Assembly (NCBI GenBank): GCA_044224295.1 | Contig: JBGAKQ010000003.1 | Location: forward strand, 81,498-145,497 | Reading direction: 5' to 3' | Source: Lacunisphaera sp. | Lineage (GTDB): Bacteria > Verrucomicrobiota > Verrucomicrobiia > Opitutales > Opitutaceae | Length of the DNA: 64,000 nucleotides | Shown here: piece after piece, positions 56,038 through 64,000 of the stretch | Position numbering within the stretch: position 1 is the stretch's first letter | Layout of the letters: each line of letters opens with the position of its first letter | Notes under the pieces: model-generated | The model's input: the letters and a program-made list of their open reading frames with translations, nothing else | Told to the model about the DNA's origin: nothing | Databases searched by the model: none | Position numbers and translations under genes: made by a program

Positions 56038-57729
56038 TTAGAGATTGCCGCGTTTGAGTTCCTCCACGGCGAAGTTCGCGGCGCGCGCGGTCATCGCCAT
56101 GTAGGTGAGGGAAGGATTCACGCAGGCGGCGGACGTCATGCAAGCCCCGTCCGTGACAAACACGTTCTTGGCGTCCCACACCTGGTTGTACCCGTTGAGC
56201 ACGGAGGTCTTCGGGTCGCGGCCCATGCGGGCGGTGCCCATCTCGTGGATGCCGCGGCCGAAGGTGTAGCCGCTGTCGTTGCGGCGGACGCGCTTGACGC
56301 CGGCCTTCTCGAGCAATTCCACGGCGTCGTTGCCCATGTCGATGCGCATCTTGCGCTCGTTGTCCTTGAGTTCGCAGTCCATCCCGAGGACGGGCAGGCC
56401 CCACTTGTCCTTGGTCTGGCGGTCCAGGAAAATGCGGTTGGCGTGGTCGGGCAGGATCTCGCCGAAGGCGCTCATGCCGATGGTCCACTGGCCCGGCTCG
56501 AGGAGTTCCTCCTTGAGCGGCGTGCCGATGCCGAGCTCGGCGACGTCGCGGCTCCAACCCTGGCGGCTGGCGCCGCCCTGGTAGCCGAAGCCGCGGAGGT
56601 AGTCGCGCGCCGGCGTGTTGGCGAGGTTGCGGAAGCGCGGGATGTAGAAACCGGTCGGCCGGCGCCCAAAGGTGACGCGGTCCTCGAAGCCCTCGACGAT
56701 GCCGCTCGCGCCGACGCGGAAATGGTGGTCCATCGCGTTGTGGCCGAGTTCACCGCTGCTGCTGCCGAGGCCCTGGGGCCAGAGGTCGGTCGCGGAATTC
56801 ATCAGCAGCCATGTGGAATTGAAGGCCGATGCACAGAGGAAAACGACTTTGGCGCCGAACTCGTAGGTTTGGCGGGTCTCCGCATCGAGCACCTCGACGC
56901 CGCGCGCCTTCTTCGTGTCCTTGTCGTAAAGCACCTTCGTCACGATCGAGAACGGCCGGAGCGTGAGGTTGCCGGTGGCGACGGCCGCGGGCAGGGTGGA
57001 GGACTGCGTGCTGAAGTAGGCGCCGAACGGGCAGCCCAGCCAGCACTTGCTGCGGTACTGGCAGTTGACGCGGCTTTGGATCGGCTGGGTGATGTTGGCG
57101 ACGCGCCCGATGATCAGGCGGCGGGTGTCGTTGAAGGCTTCCTTGATGCGGGCGGCGACGTGTTTCTCGACGCAATTGAGCTCCATCGGCGGCATGAACT
57201 GGCCGTCCGGCAGCTGCGGGAGGTTTTCGATCGAGCCGCTGATGCCGGCCCAGTTCTCGACGTGGTCGTACCACGGCGCGATGTCCGCGTAACGGATCGG
57301 CCAGTCGACCGCGATGCCCTCGCGCGCGTTGGCCTCGAAGTCGAGGTCGCTGTGGCGGTAGCTCTGGCGGCCCCACATGAGGGAGCGGCCGCCCACGTGA
57401 TAGCCGCGGAACCAGTCGAACGGTTTTTTCTCCGTGTACGGGTGCTCCTTTTCGTCGCACCAGTAGTCGCGGTTGGATTCGTTGAGGATGTAGTCGCGCC
57501 GCTGGACCGGGTGGGCCGCGCGGTCGGCGATCGTGTCGCGCCCGCGGTGGGGCACTTCCCACGGGCCCTTGAGGGCGTTGACGTAGTCCTTGATGTGCTC
57601 GATGTTCCGGCCGCGCTCGAGGAGCAGGACCTTCAGGCCTTTTTCAGTGAGCTCCTTGGCGGCCCAGCCGCCGCTGACACCGGAGCCGACGACGATCGCG
57701 TCGTATTGCGAGGAAGTGGGTAACGCCAT
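56038..57729 (-). CDS. GMC family FAD-dependent oxidoreductase, paralog 2
   Basis: YDAIVVGSGVSGGWAAKELTEKGLKVLLLERG, C-terminal HEMGTARMG and NVFVTDGACM. 563 aa. Confidence 0.9.
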   Translation of the reverse strand: MALPTSSQYDAIVVGSGVSGGWAAKELTEKGLKVLLLERGRNIEHIKDYVNALKGPWEVPHRGRDTIADRAAHPVQRRDYILNESNRDYWCDEKEHPYTEKKPFDWFRGYHVGGRSLMWGRQSYRHSDLDFEANAREGIAVDWPIRYADIAPWYDHVENWAGISGSIENLPQLPDGQFMPPMELNCVEKHVAARIKEAFNDTRRLIIGRVANITQPIQSRVNCQYRSKCWLGCPFGAYFSTQSSTLPAAVATGNLTLRPFSIVTKVLYDKDTKKARGVEVLDAETRQTYEFGAKVVFLCASAFNSTWLLMNSATDLWPQGLGSSSGELGHNAMDHHFRVGASGIVEGFEDRVTFGRRPTGFYIPRFRNLANTPARDYLRGFGYQGGASRQGWSRDVAELGIGTPLKEELLEPGQWTIGMSAFGEILPDHANRIFLDRQTKDKWGLPVLGMDCELKDNERKMRIDMGNDAVELLEKAGVKRVRRNDSGYTFGRGIHEMGTARMGRDPKTSVLNGYNQVWDAKNVFVTDGACMTSAACVNPSLTYMAMTARAANFAVEELKRGNL

Positions 57730-57908
57730 ACAGGGGTGCGCCGAGTCAGCCGATTACCTCACGCTGGGGCAACGCATTTTCAGCTTCACGTAATCCCTCA
57801 TTCGAGGGGGCCGCGGCGACGTTCTGTCCTTTGGGGAATTTTATCGTCGAGCCGGCGCGCACTGGAACGATCGCGCGCAGTTCGCCGGTGGTAATGCGCG
57901 TTTGAACG

Positions 57909-58765
57909 CTAGCGGTCGGTCAGATCGATCCAACCGGCGGCGGTGTCGTTGAAGAGTTTTTGACTCGGCCATTTGCCGTGCTTGGCGCGGTAGTCGTCCG
58001 CGAATTGACGGCTTCGAGACAGAAGGTCTGCGTGCAGATGCCAGACTGGCTGGCGCACTCCCTTGTCATCGATCAGCCAATATCCCCGGTGCTTTCGCGT
58101 CCCCGGATCCACCTCGTTACAGTACAGCTCCCAATAAAGAACGAACGGACATCCCCATTCCAGGGCCCATTTCATAATGGAGGCGGAGTATTTCTTTTGG
58201 AGGCCGGCGTTCTCCAGGGACGTTAATTCAAAGCCATATTCGCCGATGAAGACCCGCTTGCCGCTGACCTCGCTCTTGGGCAAACGGGCTTCGATGTAGT
58301 CCAGGGCGCGGAAAATCATCGCCCTCCCCTGATCCCCGCCAAGCACGGCCGCTGGCTTGGTGACATCGTAGCTCGACCACGAAACGTAGTCGGTGTGAAT
58401 GTGGGGCAGCACCCGGTTCACGATCGTTGGGCGATCTGCTTCCATCGCCTTGCGGACGTGATTCAGCTCAACGTAGAAATACACGGCGACATCCGCGTGG
58501 GGGGTGTTGCGTCGCGCGTCAGCGACCGCCTTTTCGCGCAGGTTGAACCATTGAATGGCCCCTTGAATCGCCTCGGGCGTGGGGTCCAGCTGGTAGTCGT
58601 AGATTTCATTCAGCATGTGCCAGTCGCCTTCCCAATTCCCGAGGAAGAAAGTTTTCCCGCTTCCCGAATAGCGTTTCAGGAGATGGGCGGTGAAATCATA
58701 GATTTCCCGATAGATTGCAGCGGCCTCGGCCGGCTCGATTTTCCCGGTCCGGAAGCCCCCTGGCA
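57909..58765 (-). pseudogene. 5'-truncated clan GH-A-like glycoside hydrolase remnant abutting the tRNA terminator
   Basis: Homology-like sequence (…AAAIYREIYDFTAHLLKRYSGSGKTFFLGNWEGDWHMLNEIY… and later VFIGEYGF) continues upstream of the only start codon (ATG 58616). It runs without ATG/GTG/TTG into the tRNA terminator and the tRNA. The N-terminal half of the barrel is absent. Confidence 0.55.
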
Positions 58766-58773
58766 GGGTAAAT

Positions 58774-58810
58774 GAAAACCAAAAAGCCCGGTGGCGCTGG
58801 CCACCGGGCT
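58774..58810 (-). terminator. Rho-independent terminator of the tRNA gene
   Basis: On the minus strand, the 11-bp stem AGCCCGGTGGC-CAGC-GCCACCGGGCT is followed by TTTTTGGTTTTC. Confidence 0.8.
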
Positions 58811-58815
58811 TAAAT

Positions 58816-58892
<77 letters not shown>

Positions 58893-58939
58893 GTGAAAGT
58901 GATCATCGAACCCCTGGTAGAGTCCGGTGAGGGAGGGGC

Positions 58940-58980
58940 ATAAGTGCCCACGGCCGCGCCACTGTCAAGCGGCCTTTTTT
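58940..58980 (-). promoter_or_regulatory. Candidate tRNA promoter: A-tract UP-like element, -35 TTGACA, 17-nt spacer, -10 ACTTAT
   Basis: On the minus strand, AAAAAAA (58974-58980), TTGACA (58968-58963), 17 nt, then ACTTAT (58945-58940), about 45 nt upstream of the mature tRNA 5' end. Confidence 0.4.
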
Positions 58981-59086
58981 TGGGGCTCAAGTCGCGTCGT
59001 CACTGGCCGATGAAGAGCGTTGCAGTCCAGCCAAAGGACCCTCCACCCAGTCACCGCCAACCGCCCACCTTTAATCGACGTTCGCC

Positions 59087-60766
59087 ATGTCCACCGTGTC
59101 TCTTCCGAGGGGCAGCACGCTGCTCAGCCTTGCACAGAAGATTTCCATGGCGTCGCCGACCAAGGCGGCGGGCAATACCCAGGCGGGGACCCTGTCCTTT
59201 GTCCAGGACAGCAGTTTCGACTCGGTCGCCAGCTTCGCCGACGTGGGCCTCGATGGCGCCACTACCCGGCTGGCGCTCAACGTCACCCTCAAGGCGGGCC
59301 AGAACTACACGTTCAACCGCTACTGGCCGGCCAACGGCCCCAAGGTCACATTGCTCGATGCCCAGGGCAAAAAGGTCACCGGCGTCAACCTGGCCTCAAC
59401 CCTGAAGGTCGCCAAGTCGGGCACCTACCAGCTGGTGTTCGATGCGCCGTATTCGCTGAAGGATGTTTACGGACTCAACTCGCTGCAAATGCGGGCGCGC
59501 TCCGTCCTGCCGATGTCCACCGGCAACAGCCAGATCGACGCCCTGCTCAACGGGGGCACCACGCAGTGGTGGCACGACTGGGACCAGGCCCCGCTGCAGA
59601 CCGCCGCGACCGTCGGCGGCGCGAAGGTGCTCGCGGACGGGAGCTCCAAGCAGCAGCTGACCTTTAGCTTCCTTTCCGCCCAGCCTTCGACGCTCAGCAT
59701 GACGGGTTTCCAGGAGATGACCGCGGCCCAGAAGGATGCGGTGCGCCGCGCCTTCGCCTTCTACGGCAAGCTCATCAATGTCACGTTCACCGAAGTGACC
59801 GACGGGAGCGAAGGGAACATCAACTTCGGCACGAACGTCCAGTCGAGCAGCGCCGGCTACGCCTACTATCCCAATTCCGTCGCGAAGGGCAAAACGTACA
59901 TGTTCCTCGCGAACAACCAGGCGTCCAACAACGACGCGGGGATGCAGGACGGGGGCTACGGCTATCTCTCCGTGCTCCACGAGATCGGCCACACGCTCGG
60001 CCTCAAGCACCCGGGCAACTACAATGCGGGCGGGGGCGGCACGCCGGGTCCGTATTTGACGGCGGCGAACGACAACAAGCAGATGACGATCATGTCGTAC
60101 AACGACAACAACTACTCCCGCGGCGTGAACCCGACCACGCCCATGTTGTTCGACGTCGCGGCGCTGCAAACGCTCTACGGCGTGAACGGCAACAGCAGCA
60201 CCGCGACCAACGGCGTGTTCGCCTTCGACGGCTCGAAAAATTATCTCCAGACGCTGTGGTCCACGTCCGGCAACGACACCATCGACCTCACCGGCACCAC
60301 GCGCGGCAGCGCGGTGAACCTGAACGCCGGCACCTATTCCAACATCGACGTGAGGAATACGGCCGGCGGCACGCTTTATTCCGGCCAGCGCAACGTCGCC
60401 ATCGCCTTCGGCGCCAAGATCAACAACGTCACGCTCTCGGGGACCGCCAACGTGGCGGACACGGTCACGGTCAACGGCGCCTTCAAGACCGGCAGCTTTG
60501 ACGTCATCAATTCCTTCGACGCCGCGGCCGACAAGATCGTGCTCAAGAAATCCCTGTTTGCCGGCCTGAGCGGCACCGCGAACATCGAGTTCGGCGCGGC
60601 TGCGACCAAGACCAACACCCGCATCCTAGTGAACACCACGACGGGCGAGGTCTTCTACGACGCGGACGGTCGTGGCAAAGGGGTGGCCAAGAAAATCGCG
60701 CAATACAGCGCAATCGCCAACGGCAGCCTCGCGCTCACGGGCAGCAATTTCTCGATCGCGGCCTGA
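59087..60766 (+). CDS. Serralysin-like (M10B) zinc metalloprotease with type I secretion C-terminal target domain
   Basis: HEIGHTLGLKHPG (HExxHxxGxxH, nt 59978-60010), the Met-turn TIMSYN, one degenerate RTX-like SGNDTIDLTG, and a C-terminal DVINSFDAAADKIVL...GEVFYDADGRGKGVAKKIAQ...LTGSNFSIAA resembling the T1SS target domain. No N-terminal signal peptide. Confidence 0.85.
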   Translation: MSTVSLPRGSTLLSLAQKISMASPTKAAGNTQAGTLSFVQDSSFDSVASFADVGLDGATTRLALNVTLKAGQNYTFNRYWPANGPKVTLLDAQGKKVTGVNLASTLKVAKSGTYQLVFDAPYSLKDVYGLNSLQMRARSVLPMSTGNSQIDALLNGGTTQWWHDWDQAPLQTAATVGGAKVLADGSSKQQLTFSFLSAQPSTLSMTGFQEMTAAQKDAVRRAFAFYGKLINVTFTEVTDGSEGNINFGTNVQSSSAGYAYYPNSVAKGKTYMFLANNQASNNDAGMQDGGYGYLSVLHEIGHTLGLKHPGNYNAGGGGTPGPYLTAANDNKQMTIMSYNDNNYSRGVNPTTPMLFDVAALQTLYGVNGNSSTATNGVFAFDGSKNYLQTLWSTSGNDTIDLTGTTRGSAVNLNAGTYSNIDVRNTAGGTLYSGQRNVAIAFGAKINNVTLSGTANVADTVTVNGAFKTGSFDVINSFDAAADKIVLKKSLFAGLSGTANIEFGAAATKTNTRILVNTTTGEVFYDADGRGKGVAKKIAQYSAIANGSLALTGSNFSIAA

Positions 60767-60786
60767 GCCTGCGCGCGGCACTTGGC

Positions 60787-61623
60787 TTATGTCCGGGCGG
60801 AGCGCCGGTACCAGACCGCTGTCCCCAGGACCCCGAGGCCAAGCAACATGGCGCAAGCCGAGGGCTCCGGGATGGCGGAGTAATAGTCCAGTTGGCCCGC
60901 GGAGAAAGTGCCGGTGGCGAACGTGAAGTATTTCAGGTCGTCGACATAGCCGGTGAAATTCACGCCTCCGCCGGGTTTGACAAACAGGTGCCAGCTGGTG
61001 CTCGGCGTTGCGGGGATGCCATTAAAAGTGCCCTGGGCGGCTCCGTTCACAAAAAACGTCGTGGTAGTGATGCCGTCGTACACGACGGCAACGTGGTCCC
61101 ACCCGTTGATTGCGCCCGCCCCGCCGGGGGTCGCCGCGCTGAATGGCGTGCTGGGCGTGGCATTGAAAACCTCCGCTCCCAAGAGGGGCGTCCCGCCGCC
61201 GCTCAGGGTTATCGCCAGCCCGTCGCCCGCCCCGCTGTTGAGTGGATTGCCGAAGGACACAATTGGCGCGTAGGTGGAACTGGTGAGGGCGCCGGACCTG
61301 ACCCAAAGCTCGATGCCGTAGCCGCCGCTGCTGCCGAAGCTGTTGGCGGGCACGCCGAACTCCGAAGCGGAACCGCTGAAGAATGCGGAGTAGACATTGC
61401 CGGCAATCGGCGCCAGCTGGGCGTTCTGCAGCGTGGGATTGCCCGAAGTCGAGAGAGGCGTCACGGCCCCGGTGCTCGCCCACGGCTGGGCGAGGGTATC
61501 AAAGCGTTGCTGGAAGATTACGGTCAGCTGGGCCGAGGTGTTGCTCGCGGCGATAAAGCCGGCTCCAAGCAGACCCAGGATCCGAAAGCGCCGGGCGGAA
61601 ATCAGGCGGGAAGAAATGGACAT
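60787..61623 (-). CDS. PEP-CTERM-anchored LamG/concanavalin-like domain protein
   Basis: Signal peptide (an alternative start is at 61644). LamG-like core (GIELWV...WDHVAVVYDG...FFVNG...FTGYVDDLKYF). C-terminal IPEPSACAMLLGLGVLGTAVWYRRSART is PEP motif + TM + basic tail. Confidence 0.85.
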   Translation of the reverse strand: MSISSRLISARRFRILGLLGAGFIAASNTSAQLTVIFQQRFDTLAQPWASTGAVTPLSTSGNPTLQNAQLAPIAGNVYSAFFSGSASEFGVPANSFGSSGGYGIELWVRSGALTSSTYAPIVSFGNPLNSGAGDGLAITLSGGGTPLLGAEVFNATPSTPFSAATPGGAGAINGWDHVAVVYDGITTTTFFVNGAAQGTFNGIPATPSTSWHLFVKPGGGVNFTGYVDDLKYFTFATGTFSAGQLDYYSAIPEPSACAMLLGLGVLGTAVWYRRSART

Positions 61624-61712
61624 CTTCCCCTGATTGGGGAACAAGGCCGCTAAGATTGCACCGGCTGACGCGACTTTTTATTTTAGGCCGCCGCGGGTGC
61701 CGGCGAAAATAC

Positions 61713-62120
61713 TCAGCGCGTCGTCTCGACGAACGTTCGCAAAACGGCGGCGCCGCGGCCGGCGCCGGACAAACTTCCGGGTTGGTGGAACACCGGGTTG
61801 AAGCCGTCGGGTTGCTCGTTCCAGCCGATCTCCACGCAATTGTAGCCCATCGTCCATTCCGGGAACTCCCGCGCGAGGACCGACCGCGTGTAGATGAGGG
61901 TGACATCCCGGTGCCGGCGGTCGCGCTGGATGTTGGCGTACAGCTGTCGCACCGGTGCTTCCTCGCCCTCGAGGAGCTGGATGACCGAGCCGGACTTATA
62001 GAGCAGCACGCCGGTGATCCCATGGTGCAGGTTTTTCTCGCGGCTCACCTTGAGAATATCCGCCACGTCGGCCGGGCTAAAAGGCGGCGAGGCCGCGCTC
62101 GTATAAACCAGCTGAAACAT
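61713..62120 (-). CDS. Short BLUF-domain blue-light FAD photoreceptor (135 aa)
   Basis: The ATG at 62120 gives MFQLVYTSAA...SREKNLHHGITGVLLY...VIQLLEGEE...LYANIQRDRRHRDV...FPEWTMGY. Tyr6, Asn30, Gln48, Trp89 and Met91 have the canonical BLUF spacing. Confidence 0.9.
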   Translation of the reverse strand: MFQLVYTSAASPPFSPADVADILKVSREKNLHHGITGVLLYKSGSVIQLLEGEEAPVRQLYANIQRDRRHRDVTLIYTRSVLAREFPEWTMGYNCVEIGWNEQPDGFNPVFHQPGSLSGAGRGAAVLRTFVETTR

Positions 62121-62375
62121 CGCCGGTGATTTTCGAGAGTTAGGTCCGGCCCGCAACCCGAATCCCGACGAGTTTGCCCGATTGTAACCGGGGTGGCCGA
62201 TCCCGGCGGGGTGGTTTGGTTCGCTGAAGTTAGCTTGGGTGGAGTGGCGGTGCCGAAGCGGTCCCACACGGAAACACCCGCCCGCCGAGAGCGTTGCAAT
62301 AACCCATGAGCGCGCGCACTTATGCCGAGCTCGGGGATTGCCTGACGCCGCGCCGGCCCGTCATCATGCCGGGTC

Positions 62376-63278
62376 ATGAAATCGAAGCCGGTCGTCCAAA
62401 AAATCTCCTTTGCCGGGCTCGACGCGGTCGAGCTGCGCACGTCCCGCGTGCGGATCGTCGCCCTCACCGCCAAGGGCCCGCGCATCGCCTTCTTCGGCCG
62501 GCCGGGCGGCGACAACCTGTTGCTCTGGGCGCCGGGCAAATATCGGCGCGGCGCGTGGGACCTCCTGGGCGGTCACCGCCTGTGGGCGGCGCGGCCCGGG
62601 GCCGACGAAGCGGAGGAAACGTACGCGACCGACAACGAGCCGTGCACGGTGCGACTCGCGGCCCATGGCTTCACGGTCACCGGCGCGCTGGATCCCGTGC
62701 AGAAGATCCGCCGGGGATTCACCGTGACCGACCTTGGCGACGGTCGCGTGGTGATCGACCATTTCCTCCGCAACGAAAGTGACATGCTGTGGAGCGGCGG
62801 CCTTTGGGCCCTGACGTGCACGGTGCCTTCGAAGAAATCGACGTACACGCTCCCGCTTGGCGACGGCTCTTCCTGGGACTACGCGACGATCGTCAGTTTC
62901 CGCACCTGGGGCGGCGGCCACGGCGGCGTCGGCTTCGATGACCCGCAATTCGGCTTCACGAAGGATGCGATGGTGCTGACGCCCTCCGGCCGCGAGAACA
63001 AGCGCATGCTCAAGGCCGATGCCGGCATCATCGCCTGGCACGACGCCGCGCGGAAACTGCTCTTCGCCAAACACGCGGCCTACGTGCCCGAAGGCAACTA
63101 TCCCCTCGGCACCAATCTCGCGCTGTACGTCGGCCCCGCGAATTTCATGGTCGAGATGGAAACGATGGGCGCGTTCGCGACCCTGAAGCCCGGCGCCACA
63201 ATCGACCACCGCGAGACCTGGCTGTTGGCGGATGCGAAGTCCGCGCCGACCGCAAGCGCGCTGCGCGAACTGTTTTAG
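62376..63278 (+). CDS. Hypothetical protein (beta-rich, possibly galactose-mutarotase-like / DUF4380-like; assignment uncertain)
   Basis: A 300-aa ORF with normal, non-Arg/Pro-biased composition and a clean ATG. I recognised no catalytic motif. Confidence 0.55.
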   Translation: MKSKPVVQKISFAGLDAVELRTSRVRIVALTAKGPRIAFFGRPGGDNLLLWAPGKYRRGAWDLLGGHRLWAARPGADEAEETYATDNEPCTVRLAAHGFTVTGALDPVQKIRRGFTVTDLGDGRVVIDHFLRNESDMLWSGGLWALTCTVPSKKSTYTLPLGDGSSWDYATIVSFRTWGGGHGGVGFDDPQFGFTKDAMVLTPSGRENKRMLKADAGIIAWHDAARKLLFAKHAAYVPEGNYPLGTNLALYVGPANFMVEMETMGAFATLKPGATIDHRETWLLADAKSAPTASALRELF

Positions 63279-63404
63279 GCCGCGTATGATGTGTGTAGCC
63301 ACAGGCCCTGGTCGCCTTCGGCGCCGCCTCTGGCGGGTAAACCTCCATGCCTGTGAGCCGGCCGCACCGGCAGGCAGGGACGCCTGCCGCTACGGGAGCC
63401 ATTC

Positions 63405-64000
63405 CTAGCCTTGCTTCTGCACGGACGCGCCTTCCACCCAGCTGGCGCCGATGAGGGTCGCGCGGGGGAAGGCCGGGATGCCGGATTCGTTGCGGTGGAT
63501 CTGGCCGACGACCATGTCCACGGCGGCTTCGCCGACGGCGTCGTTGTGCTGGTTCATGCCGGCGATCTCCGGGTGGCTCGCGCGCCACTCGAGCTGGATC
63601 ACGCCGACGTCCTGCGGCACGCGCCGGCCGGCGTCCTTGAGCCACGGGAAAACGATGTTGTAGAGCGAGAGCAGCACGTCCGGTTGATGGCGGTCGAGCC
63701 ATTGCCGGAAGGGACGTCCGTCAGCGCGGGGTTGCTGGTCACCCATGAAGGCCGGCACGCGGCGCGCCGCGGGCAGTGAGCGTTGCGCGGTCAGCATCGC
63801 CCCGGAGAACCGTCCTTCGACCAGCGCGTCGATTCGCTCCTCAACCACGAGGGCGGGCCGCTCGTAGCCGAGCGCGAGGGCGCGCTCGAAAGCCTGGATC
63901 ACGAGGTCGTGGTGATCGACGCAACTGAAGGACAGCGCCGGGTCCCGCGTGCGCACGCCCGTGACGACGCACGGAAATTCATTCCACACGGGCTGCAGGT
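63405..64000 (-). CDS. LacI-family regulator, C-terminal ligand-binding part (N-terminus beyond the window end)
   Basis: Colinear with the C-terminal half of the LacI at 25155-26243: VPQDVGVIQLEW...NQHNDAVGEAAVDMVVGQIHRNESGIP versus VPQDVAFVDVFL...RQNHTTVGALAVEILAGQLQHNKYGVP. The frame is open to the window edge. Confidence 0.8.
   Translation of the reverse strand, partial: LQPVWNEFPCVVTGVRTRDPALSFSCVDHHDLVIQAFERALALGYERPALVVEERIDALVEGRFSGAMLTAQRSLPAARRVPAFMGDQQPRADGRPFRQWLDRHQPDVLLSLYNIVFPWLKDAGRRVPQDVGVIQLEWRASHPEIAGMNQHNDAVGEAAVDMVVGQIHRNESGIPAFPRATLIGASWVEGASVQKQG

Noticed and set aside
55810-57723. 637-aa ORF antisense to the second GMC oxidoreductase
   Set aside because: Same antisense-frame artefact. 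The minus strand carries clear FAD-binding and GMC C-terminal motifs.
58951-58981. Hairpin GGCCGC...GCGGCC followed by T7, which looked like a plus-strand terminator
   Set aside because: No plus-strand gene ends upstream of it. On the minus strand the T-run is an A-tract just upstream of a TTGACA -35 box in front of the tRNA, so an UP-element/promoter reading fits better. The two readings are not mutually exclusive.

Overview
This is a GC-rich bacterial chromosomal segment; most codon third positions are G/C. The gene content suggests Verrucomicrobiota, possibly Opitutaceae-like: a PEP-CTERM protein, many TonB-dependent receptors, and repeated GMC / Gfo-Idh-MocA / DUF1080 / xylose-isomerase-like TIM-barrel genes. 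That taxonomic guess is inference only. I support about 45 protein genes, one tRNA and two gene remnants.

The window has five blocks:
(i) 0.5-26.2 kb is a glucuronoxylan/xylose utilisation locus. It holds an AraC regulator, a FucI-like isomerase, xylB, a 1247-aa TonB receptor, an SGNH esterase, a Zn-ADH, a GH35-like/DUF5597 protein, a CE4-CBM-GH10 fusion, uxuA, an SDR, GH67 aguA, a GPH symporter, GH3, xylA and a LacI regulator.
(ii) 26.5-34.5 kb is a co-directional string: AKR, TIM-barrel, Gfo/Idh/MocA, GMC oxidoreductase with a TAT small subunit, DUF1080, and a TAT TIM-barrel.
(iii) 34.6-52.7 kb is a GntR-centred locus. It joins a siderophore-type TonB receptor and a PepSY-TM protein to peptidases (M20, S33, two S9), a D-aminoacylase, an ornithine-cyclodeaminase-family protein, a serine-racemase-like PLP enzyme, an outer-membrane channel and a POT transporter.
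(iv) 53.1-57.7 kb is a second GMC / small subunit / TIM-barrel module with an MFS transporter.
(v) 57.9-64 kb holds a 5'-truncated glycoside hydrolase abutting tRNA(CAT), a serralysin-like type I secretion substrate, a PEP-CTERM LamG protein, a short BLUF photoreceptor and a second LacI paralog.

At least five unrelated families of palindromic intergenic repeats are scattered through the window. Some are nested inside each other and some sit between genes of one apparent operon.

The best candidate for an undescribed system is block (iii). An AT-rich motif, ATTGTATACGA, is placed in front of each of its four transcription units. This suggests one GntR regulon for uptake and breakdown of a peptidic compound rich in D-amino acids or ornithine, possibly a xenosiderophore. 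All functional calls rest on motifs I recognise in the supplied translations. No database search was run.
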